IMG/VR virus record: IMGVR_UViG_2706795740_000001
Coordinates: 62,342-126,341 of that record
DNA length: 64,000 nt
Source: a virus
Taxonomy: Duplodnaviria > Caudoviricetes
Reading direction: 5' to 3' (one strand)
The notes beneath the pieces are model-generated. The model was not told where the DNA came from. It worked only from the letters and a program-made list of their open reading frames with translations, and searched no databases. Below, piece after piece: positions 37,701 to 46,869 of this stretch. Each line of letters begins with the position of its first letter. The first letter of the stretch is position 1. The position numbers and the translations under genes are program-made.

Positions 37701-38866
37701 TTCTTTTTAAGTGTCATGTCATAGGTCATTTCAGGCTCAAGAATCTTGTGCTCGACATAAAGCTTCTGGGCCAACTGCGCAGGAGCACCTAAATTCAGTT
37801 CCTCAACGACTTCATATTCTTCCTTAAACTTAATGCCTTCCCGTTGACGCAGGCGCGTACGGGTCAAGGTAATAGTTTCACCTAATACGTCGAAAATTTC
37901 TTTCTTAAGGTCTTTAAGCTTCTCAGAAAGAACTTTACCTATAACATTAGTGAGGAACTTAGAGTCAAGCTCTACCCCACGGCGTTCTGCCACAGCGAAC
38001 ACTGCAAGTAGAGGCATTTCCACTTCCCTGAATAGCTTGTACACCCCACCCAAGCCGTACGTAGGATTCTCCACTATCTGCTTTTGATATTGGAAAACCC
38101 AGCGGGTCATAAAAACATCGTGACATGCGTAATAGTTAGCCAAGCGATGGGGTATACTGTCAAATGGGGTCTTATCGAACATGCTTCCAAACTTAAATGT
38201 GGGTCGGTTTAACTCATCAGGTGACATTTTTCTTTGGTCAATGAGCCAAGGTAATGCGTAGGTGTTGTACCACTCCTTAAGGCCCTTCGGCTTGTTTTCG
38301 TTCAATAAACCACCCATTACCATAGTGTCCCAATGAATATTGAACGTAATGTCAATGTCAGCCCAATTTTTCAACACATGAATGTCGAACTTAGCATTCG
38401 CCATTACAATGAGCTTGTCAGCTTCAAGGAGCGGGCGAAGCCTATCAGCAACTACATCGAAAGGAAGCGTAGGAACATCCTTAGACATTTCATGTAGAAA
38501 AGGCTTCATTGGAATATTGAAATACTGCTCGCTCATAAAACCTATAGAAATTGAAATTAACCCGTCTTTCCAGTTGTTCAGGCCATATGTCTCAGTATCT
38601 AGGAATACATAAGCATCTCCTTGATACATAGTCTTGTATGCCTTGTAATAATTAACTAAGCGCTCAAGGAGTTCAGGCGTATTAATAAGTACATAGTTGT
38701 CAGGCATAACAATTGAAGCCTCTACATCTAAGATTTGTTGCTCTTTTTTTGTGAGTTTTTTAGGTTTCTTAGGCTTCTCCGTATTCTTAGTCCGAGTTCT
38801 ACCCTTGGCCGCCTTTTGTTCATTTTTTTCTAGTATGTCAATAATTTCATTGCCTGTATCGGACAC
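34768..38866 (-). CDS. polA: Family A DNA polymerase, three exons (37406-38866, 35815-36161, 34768-35533), 857 aa when spliced
   Basis: Exo I FLDTETYG, TGRVSCSNPNLQQIP; splicing restores motif A ADFS|QQELR and motif B RKKTKSV|VFGVVYG; motif C QVHDEL. Confidence 0.92.
35534..35814 (-). ncRNA. Group I intron 2 (281 nt, no ORF) in polA motif B
   Basis: Exon AGUCGGU pairs IGS GCCGACU with U.G; P10 AUACU with GGUAU; AGAGACU and AAGGUAUAGUC P7 elements; terminal G at 35534. Confidence 0.88.
36162..37405 (-). ncRNA. Group I intron 1 (1244 nt) in polA motif A, carrying a homing endonuclease
   Basis: Exon GACUUCAGU pairs IGS GCUGAAGUC with U.G; P10 UUGUUG with CAACAG; AAGGUAUAGUC element; terminal G at 36162. 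Confidence 0.9.
36309..37253 (-). CDS. Intron-encoded LAGLIDADG homing endonuclease with N-terminal HTH repeats
   Basis: YVLGFIYADG and FIRGYFDGDG motifs; AGGAG RBS. Confidence 0.9.
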   Translation of the reverse strand: MKVELTKELLTELYVNRALNFKEIAQETGWEHSWVRRKVISFGIPLRSKGHELTIEELDRLYNVEQKSTKEIAKLISRSQCYVMGKMKEFEIERRDSGTAQAMKIGIPFNENFFNEWSPEMAYVLGFIYADGNLSNNRFRIQIKDLDHIEKLADTLGMDRSYIFTRTDKKYGKESYGISASRRDVAARLIALGVTPNKSRSMTFPEIPKEYLRDFIRGYFDGDGTVGCYSKQLAVRFTLGAEKFAKRLAEILSDMLEHDVKIKFDKRGAGNYVVGFHSNRLAKKFYENIYYDNCLAMDRKQDVFVTHMPIPCSQ

Positions 38867-39018
38867 TCTAAGCCCTCCCTATTAGCTTTTTCACAACCTT
38901 TACACATGTTTTACACATGTTTCAGTTAACTAGTGATTGAAATGCAGGCAACACATGTGTATACTTGACCTGTAATAAGATAAAGAGGGGCATTGCCCCT
39001 CAATATCCATTAATTGAC

Positions 39019-39786
39019 TTAGAACGGTAACTGACGTTGGTGTGTAGGTGCGCCTTGTGGTGGGGTAGTAGGCTGTTGAAAGCCTTGTGGCACTTGCTCA
39101 TAGCCTCCTTGCGGTACATAGCCAAAACCTTGTGCGGCTTGTTCAAGGCCTTGTTGTGGTACGTACCCTCCTTGCGGCGGCATGTAACCTTGCGGTGCTT
39201 GATTAAAACCACCTTGCTGTCCCTGCTCTGCTGTCATGCCACTCACCAGCGCTTGCATGAATCCTGCAATTTCATCAGGGGTATGCGGTGTTACTTGCGG
39301 TGTGATATCTGGCATTTCAATAGCGTCAAAGTCAGGTAAAGCAAGGTCAGGTTTATTCATTGCAGGGTTAGCTACATAGCGGCGGGCAGAGTAAGAAGTA
39401 TCACTCGCTCCTTTGCCAGTCCGGTAAATAGTGACGTATTGCTTAGTCGGGTCTACTTCATCCAAGTTAAATTCAGAAGAAAGTTTTTGAACATGCGACT
39501 TTGCAAGGCTAACAAATTTGATTTTGTTGTCCGTAGGGTCGTATGCACGGAATTTAATTCGTAACGCAGGATACTTAGATGGGTTGGCTTTACACAATGG
39601 GCAAGTTGCTTTACCGGGGCAACGAACATATTTTGGATTCAAAGCTTTCTCATAGTGCTCACGAATACCAATCAAGTCCTCATTCCAGTCAATAAAGAGA
39701 AGTGTCATAGGCTTGCCTTCTTCGAATGTAATGAAATCGACGCCTCCGCTAAGAATGTTGTTGAGTCCTTTAACTACTGTTGTCAT
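39019..39786 (-). CDS. Phage single-stranded DNA-binding protein
   Basis: H...C....CPLC Zn site, RTGKG..T.Y, Gln/Gly/Pro tail ending LPF; adjacent to polA. Confidence 0.7.
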   Translation of the reverse strand: MTTVVKGLNNILSGGVDFITFEEGKPMTLLFIDWNEDLIGIREHYEKALNPKYVRCPGKATCPLCKANPSKYPALRIKFRAYDPTDNKIKFVSLAKSHVQKLSSEFNLDEVDPTKQYVTIYRTGKGASDTSYSARRYVANPAMNKPDLALPDFDAIEMPDITPQVTPHTPDEIAGFMQALVSGMTAEQGQQGGFNQAPQGYMPPQGGYVPQQGLEQAAQGFGYVPQGGYEQVPQGFQQPTTPPQGAPTHQRQLPF

Positions 39787-40024
39787 AATGCGTTTCCTCC
39801 TAATGAACATAATTTTGAGGTGCAGTGACCTCTCAATCTTTATGGTCGAGCCATACCATTAATTAGTTGCGCCAATAAAGCTGACGTTTGCTCAGAACAA
39901 CAGACCGAAAAGCCTGAAAATTATTGACATGGAAAAGTCTTTACATGTTAAAATTACCATAGGTAAAAACTACCTACGGCTCTATTAGTAACTAGTATGT
40001 TATAATAAATACAGGAGTCAGGGG

Positions 40025-40549
40025 CTAGCCCTGACATACCTGCTTGAGCATCTTCATTGCGCGAGACGCATGAGACTTATCCAATCCTAAGAGGTTAGAT
40101 ATTTCAGTAGGCCTCATGTCCATCCCCTCTTCGGTGAAGAGCATGAAGTCGATAACGCGACGTTGCTGTGGAGTGAATTTAGAGATATTGTTAAGATAGT
40201 CATTTTTTACTTCAGACAACTCATATCCCATTTCTACTGACTCATGAGAGAACGTATCAATTGTTGAACCCTTCTCTTCGTCTGCGCCGTCACTGTAGTT
40301 GACTAATACGCTATTTTGCACAATCATTCGATTTTTCTTACGGTAATAGTCAAATACAGTACGCTGAATAACAGTACGTAAACAGTTAAACAAGTTTTTT
40401 TTGATAACCCCCTTGTTAATCACTGTTAAAACACGTACAATAGCGTCTTGTTTAACATCTTCACGATCACGTCTGTTAATGTCTTTTAGGCAGAGATTGA
40501 GAATAGGGTTGAGAGAGTTAATGTCAAAAGTAGCTACTGTAGTTTGCAT
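40025..40549 (-). CDS. ECF-like sigma factor (regions 2 and 4 only)
   Basis: REDVKQDA, DYYRKK, FTPQQRRV...PTEISNLLGL..S.ASR. Confidence 0.8.
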   Translation of the reverse strand: MQTTVATFDINSLNPILNLCLKDINRRDREDVKQDAIVRVLTVINKGVIKKNLFNCLRTVIQRTVFDYYRKKNRMIVQNSVLVNYSDGADEEKGSTIDTFSHESVEMGYELSEVKNDYLNNISKFTPQQRRVIDFMLFTEEGMDMRPTEISNLLGLDKSHASRAMKMLKQVCQG

Positions 40550-40635
40550 ATATAATACCTCCAATGTATTATGTGTAATGTTTTGCCTTCTACTATTTGT
40601 GGTCGTTCTATCTAATAGAAAAGGTGCGAAGCTTT

Positions 40636-41724
40636 CTATCTAAATAGTCCGCCAATGAAATTGACATTTACGATATCTAACTTGTCGAGCAATCCTGCTT
40701 GGAGCAATGCATTCGAATCTTTGAAGTCAGGGAACTTGGGATAAACCACGTGGTTAACAATGAACCCCGCCTTATCCAGCATTTTTGTAGCGTCTTCTGT
40801 TCCCTTCTTCCCTGCCGTGTCGTTATCAAGCATCAGGTCTACTTCTGTAATACCTGCTAACTGAAGCTCACGTACTTGATTGAAAAATAAAATACGTCCA
40901 TTGATGGAGACAGCAGGGATTCCAACCTGATAATTTGACATGCAGTCGGTAGGAGACTCTACTATTCTCACTCTAGTGATCCGGCTAGGTGTGGTTCTAA
41001 GTTTATTAATGAGATGAAGGCCAAAGACGATGTCCTTTTTAACAGCACTGCCCTCGTTGATAAACTTAGCACCATGATAGCTACTACCAATTTTTCGTTT
41101 TTGCACAAAACGTAACTGTCCTGTTCTAGTTCTTTGAGGAAACACAATCGTCTCCGTGGTAGTATCCACGCAAATTTCGTAGGTCGCTAGAGTACGGTCA
41201 TCGAAGCCACGTTGCTTCATGTACGCCATAGCTGTTTGATAAAGCCGCTCGTTCTTGCATCGAGAGTCTTTCATTTCTTGCAAGACGGCTTCATCTAAGC
41301 ATGGAATCTCATAGCTGTTCCTGCGATTTTCGATGTATGCCACCATGTCAAACGTTTTTCGTTTTTCCTCAACAATGTAAGTAGACAGGAGTACCTTTAT
41401 CCCCTCCCCTTCTTCTAAGTCCAAGGCACTCTCTATCATCTGATCTACTGTGCCTAGATAGCCGCAGAAGAAGCAGTTGCAATGATAAGGAGCATCCTTG
41501 CTTATGCCGAAGGATGGGTGGGTCTCAGGGTGATTAGGACAACAACTCATAACCCAATCTCCTGTGTCGTTTAAGCGTGCAAAAGCATTTGGGTTTATGT
41601 GGGCTTTCTGTAGGTGCTGGTAGGAAAAGCGTAATTCATCTAGCAACTCTTCAGGGTCTATGTGCAGTGATTCAAGGAGTTCAATGTTTGGATTCTTCTC
41701 TTTATTGAGATTGAACTTAATCAT
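40636..41724 (-). CDS. dnaG: DNA primase (CHC2 Zn finger plus TOPRIM)
   Basis: CPNH...PSF...CFFC, VES..D, LDNDTAG, KDSN. Confidence 0.9.
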   Translation of the reverse strand: MIKFNLNKEKNPNIELLESLHIDPEELLDELRFSYQHLQKAHINPNAFARLNDTGDWVMSCCPNHPETHPSFGISKDAPYHCNCFFCGYLGTVDQMIESALDLEEGEGIKVLLSTYIVEEKRKTFDMVAYIENRRNSYEIPCLDEAVLQEMKDSRCKNERLYQTAMAYMKQRGFDDRTLATYEICVDTTTETIVFPQRTRTGQLRFVQKRKIGSSYHGAKFINEGSAVKKDIVFGLHLINKLRTTPSRITRVRIVESPTDCMSNYQVGIPAVSINGRILFFNQVRELQLAGITEVDLMLDNDTAGKKGTEDATKMLDKAGFIVNHVVYPKFPDFKDSNALLQAGLLDKLDIVNVNFIGGLFR

Positions 41725-41903
41725 TTGCCCTTCACCGTCACTGTCCCGTCCGAGCCGATCTCTACTAAATCGTTCTCATGAACATCTATGTGGAGTGTAG
41801 CGTCTTCAGGTTTCTTCGGTGAGTCTTTAGTCCACCCAAGAAAGTCCAAGCCCCTACGGTACGCTTTGACGCCTTGTATGGTCGTGTAAAGATGAATTCT
41901 CAT
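41721..41903 (-). CDS. Hypothetical protein
   Basis: GGAGG RBS, coupled to primase. Confidence 0.55.
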   Translation of the reverse strand: MRIHLYTTIQGVKAYRRGLDFLGWTKDSPKKPEDATLHIDVHENDLVEIGSDGTVTVKGK

Positions 41904-41916
41904 AGCTTGCCCTCCC

Positions 41917-43209
41917 CTAGAAATACTGTTCGCCTATACTATCATCAAGAACAGAGACCAACCCAGTCTCAAAGTCATAGCGAACAAGAAACGACTGACC
42001 ACTTGCATTGTTGCGATTTTTAATGACCAAAATTCTGAATGTGTTATCGCTCACCTTAACAATGGATACGCCTTTGGAAGCATCCTGTACGATGGAAAAT
42101 GCTTCACCGATATCTGTTGCGTCCACGTTTTCGGTTGCGTCCTTCTTAATACGCCGTAGGGCGTCACGATTGGCTTGAGCAACTACCATTGCTGGCTTTT
42201 TCGTGTCAAGAATGATTTCCCGAACTCCTGCGGACACATCAAAGAGTCGTTGTCTTAGGTCTCCACTGCCACGTGAAGTAAGACGAACTTTAGAAAGCTG
42301 GTCAAGAGTCCAACGATTGTGACCTTCTCGTTCGAGTATGCGGTGTATTTCGTCAAGCGTGTAAGGCTTGCCGCCGTTACTATCAAGGTCATAAATTACC
42401 ATGTCTTTTTTCTTTTGCTTAAGACGGTCAAGGAAGTCAATGTACAAATCCTTAGACTCATCAGACATTGTCCCACGGGTCAATGCTAAACGGGATACTC
42501 TCGCCAAAGTGTTATCCCAGTTTAAAGCGATTTCTGAAGCCCTCTGCTCTAGGGCAAAGTACGCTGGATAGTCGTCTGCCAAACTACTATTCCACGCTGA
42601 TGCCATCATGAAGGATGAAATGAGCGTTTTTCCCATGTTTGTTGGAGCAAACACCAAGAAAAAATCAACTGCCCCCTCTTGAAATTCCAGCCCATTGGTT
42701 GCCAAGTCAAGGGGCTTAAATCCAGTAGTAAGTCCTATGATTTCATCCTTTGCCCGGCCATGAATCTTCAAGTAATCTGCTTTACGTTGTTCAGCATTCC
42801 CAATATACGAATACCCTTGACCCCTTAAGCCAATGGATTTCAGGAAACGCCCTGAGTCCATTTGAAGCTGTTGGATGGCCGCCGTTGTTTCCCTACTAGC
42901 AAACGTATTCGATGCAGATACGAGAATTGGCTTGAACTGCCTGTACAGGTACTCTTCTCTAATGGCCTTAACTACATGGTCAACATTTTCCAACTCTACT
43001 AATTCAAAAGTGTTGAATTTGTTCATTACAGTTTCTATTGTTGGAAGATGACCATTCTCCTTTTTGAACCGCCTAACATACTCAAAAGTATCCTTGTGTA
43101 CCTGAAAGTGGTTTTCACCAAAACCTGCATCTTCCACCACTTCCCAATCTTTCTTTTCCAGCACATGGTTCAAAAGCTGTAACTCTTCAATTGCCCCCAC
43201 GTTCATCAC
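41917..43209 (-). CDS. dnaB: DnaB-like replicative helicase
   Basis: TGF..LD..T.G, APTNMGKT, ALE, QANR, IVQDA, KNR. Confidence 0.9.
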   Translation of the reverse strand: MMNVGAIEELQLLNHVLEKKDWEVVEDAGFGENHFQVHKDTFEYVRRFKKENGHLPTIETVMNKFNTFELVELENVDHVVKAIREEYLYRQFKPILVSASNTFASRETTAAIQQLQMDSGRFLKSIGLRGQGYSYIGNAEQRKADYLKIHGRAKDEIIGLTTGFKPLDLATNGLEFQEGAVDFFLVFAPTNMGKTLISSFMMASAWNSSLADDYPAYFALEQRASEIALNWDNTLARVSRLALTRGTMSDESKDLYIDFLDRLKQKKKDMVIYDLDSNGGKPYTLDEIHRILEREGHNRWTLDQLSKVRLTSRGSGDLRQRLFDVSAGVREIILDTKKPAMVVAQANRDALRRIKKDATENVDATDIGEAFSIVQDASKGVSIVKVSDNTFRILVIKNRNNASGQSFLVRYDFETGLVSVLDDSIGEQYF

Positions 43210-43334
43210 TCCCTTTTACCTACTCACTGTTGATGGTCGTTGTATGGGAGTGAAGAGTTGCGAAGTAGTCGCCTACATAATGATGAAAAATTCTTTCAAA
43301 AATCCCTGCCATTAGCAAACTACTCACATAAATG

Positions 43335-43348
43335 CGAACCTTTGTTCG
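43335..43348. promoter_or_regulatory. LexA (SOS/Cheo) box upstream of the helicase-primase-sigma operon
   Basis: CGAACCTTTGTTCG just downstream of a minus-strand TTGACG...TG.TAATAT promoter. Confidence 0.7.
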
Positions 43349-43447
43349 GTTTTTTAATATTACCATATTACCCCATAATCCGTCAAACAATGTTAATTGT
43401 CTGACTTATTATGAGCATAAAAACCGTGGGTGATAATCCCGCCATAG

Positions 43448-44488
43448 TTAGACGGGAATACCTACGCCACGGAAAGCCGTGAGCAATGCTTGTGCGTCCT
43501 GTTGCTTCTCATTTTGTGCGTGAACATCGTCCCTCAGCTTAAAAAAGTGTCTCCACTGCCTCAATGGGCGAGTGTCGATGTACGTAGAGTGAGTTGCATT
43601 AGGCAGAACAGACCTTGCCAGTTCTTTAGCCCTTAGCTTGTTGTGGCCATTCGCCTCCGCCCACTCTCTGATCTTATCGTAGGAGAGAGCAATAGTATCC
43701 ATAATATCTCGATACTTGACTTGAAGTAGACCGTCAGCTTCAGTGTAAATTACTGTTTCATTTTCCAAACCAGTTGGAGTCCTATACTGGAAATTAGACA
43801 TTGTGACATAACGTTGGGAAATTTCGGAGCGGCCCATCATATCAGTGTGACGGGCGTCCTGTAGGGACATTGCTCTGTCGGAAACGATCTCAACGGTAAG
43901 GGTCGTATGCATATCCAGTTCGTAATCCGTCAAGCCGATTTCCTTCAATGCAATATAATCAGATGACATGACCGTTGGCTTGAGTAGGTCAGTATCACGG
44001 TTTAAGTAAGGGTTTTCACCGCCATCAATGTGGAATTGGTCGTCAGCAAACCAACGCAAGGCGGGAACGTTGAAGATTGAATTTGTCAAGGATTTGAACA
44101 ATTCTCCCTCTTTCGCTTTAGTAAAATGAGGGAAAGATTTAGAATTGGTCTTTAATCCGAAAAAGATGTCAAGATAGGTGAGAATATTAAATGAAACTAC
44201 TATATCCCACTGACTGCGGTGGTCTCTCGACCAACGGATATAGTTGTTAATTTCCTTAAATGTTACCAGTGATTCTAGTATATCATGGCGGTCATCCTTG
44301 TCAACGAATTTTAAACCGAAGACGATATTGCCGTGTCCTGCTATTGACAGATGGCCTTTTTTCATAATTCCACGAATAAACTTATGACTTTCTTCTCCGC
44401 ATTTGTCGAAACTTTCATAACACCGTCTAGCGGCAAACTCTACCAATTTATGATACTGTGGAGTAGAATATAACAATGTAACGTGCAT
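43448..44488 (-). CDS. thyX: FAD-dependent thymidylate synthase
   Basis: GHLSI..H, RH...SQRYV, ELARSVLP, WRHFFKLR...AQ.E. Confidence 0.85.
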   Translation of the reverse strand: MHVTLLYSTPQYHKLVEFAARRCYESFDKCGEESHKFIRGIMKKGHLSIAGHGNIVFGLKFVDKDDRHDILESLVTFKEINNYIRWSRDHRSQWDIVVSFNILTYLDIFFGLKTNSKSFPHFTKAKEGELFKSLTNSIFNVPALRWFADDQFHIDGGENPYLNRDTDLLKPTVMSSDYIALKEIGLTDYELDMHTTLTVEIVSDRAMSLQDARHTDMMGRSEISQRYVTMSNFQYRTPTGLENETVIYTEADGLLQVKYRDIMDTIALSYDKIREWAEANGHNKLRAKELARSVLPNATHSTYIDTRPLRQWRHFFKLRDDVHAQNEKQQDAQALLTAFRGVGIPV

Positions 44489-44498
44489 TGTAACCCCC

Positions 44499-45263
44499 CT
44501 AGTAGTTGTAAATATTGCCTGCTCTTCTATCTCTACCGCCTAATGGAATGACCATAGTATTATACAACATTCTGGACACCACCATTTCCCCCAACATATC
44601 TTCATTTTTCAACAAAGAATCGGGGTAGTTTGACGTGAAAATTGTTGATTTTTGTTCCTCTTTGCGATAGTCAATCACATCATAGATGAGGTCACGAATA
44701 ATAGGAGTAATACGTCCCGATCCGATATCGTCCAGTACGAGCAATGGAACGTCCTTCATTTGATTGAGTTCTTTATGCGCCTCATACGTGAACTGTTCAT
44801 CATTACGTGTGTAAATATCCCGTTGCCTATTCGCCCATGCTCCAAACTTTACGTAAAGAGCGACCGGATTCTCAAAATCGAACCACTCAGGGTCACGGCA
44901 TGTCTTGTAGATGAACTCGTTCAGAACAGCAGTGGCAGTCCATGACTTGCCTGTCCCTTTTCCTTTGTTGATTAACGCAAGATTCGTACCGGAAGTAACA
45001 AACCCTACAGGGTTTGTTAATAATTTTTTGATTATATCTGCAAATTCCATGTTATCAGAATCGGTAACATAGTGGAACAGATTGGCAGTCCTATATTCCT
45101 TGGGAATCCTTGCTAATTCTAGCGCCTTTGTCAGCTTCTCATAGCCCACGCAAAACGATTGTATATAATCAGACGGAAGTTTTATCTCTCCCTTCCTTAG
45201 TTTACACCACTCTTTTACGACACAGCTCCCGCACGTACTAAATAACTCTGCCTTATCGGTCAT
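44499..45263 (-). CDS. DnaC/IstB-like helicase loader ATPase
   Basis: GKGTGKS Walker A, LVLDDIG, TIFTSN, SR, DRR. Confidence 0.88.
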   Translation of the reverse strand: MTDKAELFSTCGSCVVKEWCKLRKGEIKLPSDYIQSFCVGYEKLTKALELARIPKEYRTANLFHYVTDSDNMEFADIIKKLLTNPVGFVTSGTNLALINKGKGTGKSWTATAVLNEFIYKTCRDPEWFDFENPVALYVKFGAWANRQRDIYTRNDEQFTYEAHKELNQMKDVPLLVLDDIGSGRITPIIRDLIYDVIDYRKEEQKSTIFTSNYPDSLLKNEDMLGEMVVSRMLYNTMVIPLGGRDRRAGNIYNY

Positions 45264-45272
45264 AATACCCTC

Positions 45273-46322
45273 CTACTCCTGCATGATTCGTTTCAGAAAC
45301 GCCTCAGCAGACATCCCTTTATTCTCCTGTTCAGCAGTCTCCACCATCTCTTTCTTCTCTTTTGCCTGAAGATAGTAAGGCTTCTTCCCTTCAGACAGAT
45401 AGGTTTCGATCTCAGTCATCCTGCCCGTAGTACTAAAAATTTCGATGGAGGGAGATTCATAGCCCATTTGAAAGAATGTATCAATATACTGCCTAGCTTT
45501 GGTCTTACTATCAGACAGATTCCTGATAACTCTGCCAAGCATTCCTCTGTGTTTAGCACGAGCCTCCTCATGCGGTTTACCTACAAGAGATAGATATCGC
45601 CTGTAGAAATAAGTGACAAAATGGTTATTTGTCCATCTATCAACATCGTCCGGGAGTAAGAACTTGCCCTTTCCGTTTAGTGCATCGTCGCCTAATACAT
45701 TTTCAATTGTATCTGGTAGCTTCTTTCCCCTATTGGGTAGATTTAGCATAGGTCTGCTCCCCTCCTTCACGTCATCAAGCAGTCGCTTCTGAAGCCCTGC
45801 CTCCATCTCGCTGTTGACAGGTAAGCGCTTGAACTCTATCCCTTCTTTCCTCATGATACAATCCAAGAGTTCATCGAACTTGTCATCTAGGTCGTCATAA
45901 AATTTAGGCTCTAGTTCCTTTTTTACCTCATTAAAGACCCTCCAAAACATTTCCGAAACATGCAAGTGCTCGATCTTATCAGCATCTACGATGTAGTAGG
46001 TGTTTGTCCTGCCATTCCCGTTTCGCTCTCGTATAATGAACCCTTTGTCAACCAGTTCATCAATGTACTTGGTAGCGGTCTTTGGTGTAACACCACAAGC
46101 CCGTGCAATACGCTTCATCGAAGGGAAAGCGGATTTTCCATGTTCAAACACATAGCCGGAGATAACCCCATAGGCGATCTTTGCAGTGGCCGATAACATA
46201 AGACAGTGTACAATCATACGTGGGAGCTGGACATGCCCCCTATTAACTGAGTCGTGGTAAACAAATTGTTTTTCACTAGATAGCTTCACCTGTCCTTTAT
46301 AGTCATCCATTGTTGTAATCAC
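45273..46322 (-). CDS. Phage replication initiator (N-terminal wHTH)
   Basis: LSATAK..Y, AFPS..RIA...GV...T....EL...GFI...TNTY; upstream of the DnaC-like gene. Confidence 0.8.
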   Translation of the reverse strand: MITTMDDYKGQVKLSSEKQFVYHDSVNRGHVQLPRMIVHCLMLSATAKIAYGVISGYVFEHGKSAFPSMKRIARACGVTPKTATKYIDELVDKGFIIRERNGNGRTNTYYIVDADKIEHLHVSEMFWRVFNEVKKELEPKFYDDLDDKFDELLDCIMRKEGIEFKRLPVNSEMEAGLQKRLLDDVKEGSRPMLNLPNRGKKLPDTIENVLGDDALNGKGKFLLPDDVDRWTNNHFVTYFYRRYLSLVGKPHEEARAKHRGMLGRVIRNLSDSKTKARQYIDTFFQMGYESPSIEIFSTTGRMTEIETYLSEGKKPYYLQAKEKKEMVETAEQENKGMSAEAFLKRIMQE

Positions 46323-46378
46323 TCCCTACTCTTTCTGGTCGCGCCAAGTATGTACAAAGTTGCGAGAAAAGATAGTCG

Positions 46379-46392
46379 CGAACACTAGTTCG
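46379..46392. promoter_or_regulatory. LexA (SOS/Cheo) box upstream of the replication initiator
   Basis: CGAACACTAGTTCG. Confidence 0.7.
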
Positions 46393-46869
46393 ATAGGAAG
46401 TGTATAGAAAAGCACGATGTTAAAGAAGACATTTTCGTGGAGTAATTACTTAAATAAATGTCAACTAGGTATCGTGCTGTGATTAGTAGTGCGATGTAGT
46501 GTTGTGTTGTGTCTTAGTGTGTTGTTTTCGTATTTTCATTTTTGGTAAATTAATAATATCACATGTTTATGGGTATTGTCAATACCCCATAAAGGGGCTA
46601 AAGACGGACATAGCTGTCCGTCATGCTACTATTCTGCTATTTCCTTTGTCCACTGGCTGGATAATCGTCTACTTATGCGTATTCTAGCTGATCGCAGAAA
46701 ACTGCATGTTTTTATACTGGACACTCAGCAATTCACTCTCTGTAAATCCACCATCTTCCAAAGGGTAGATTCCTACAATCTCATCTTCGCTGTCAATATA
46801 CCATGTAACTAAATAGACTTTACTCCTCCTTTTGTTTAAGAAAATATCTCTGATTTGCTTCATTGCCCA

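Noticed and set aside
38899-38962. ACACATGT repeats upstream of polA
   Set aside because: Three short copies only; cannot be distinguished from a local duplication
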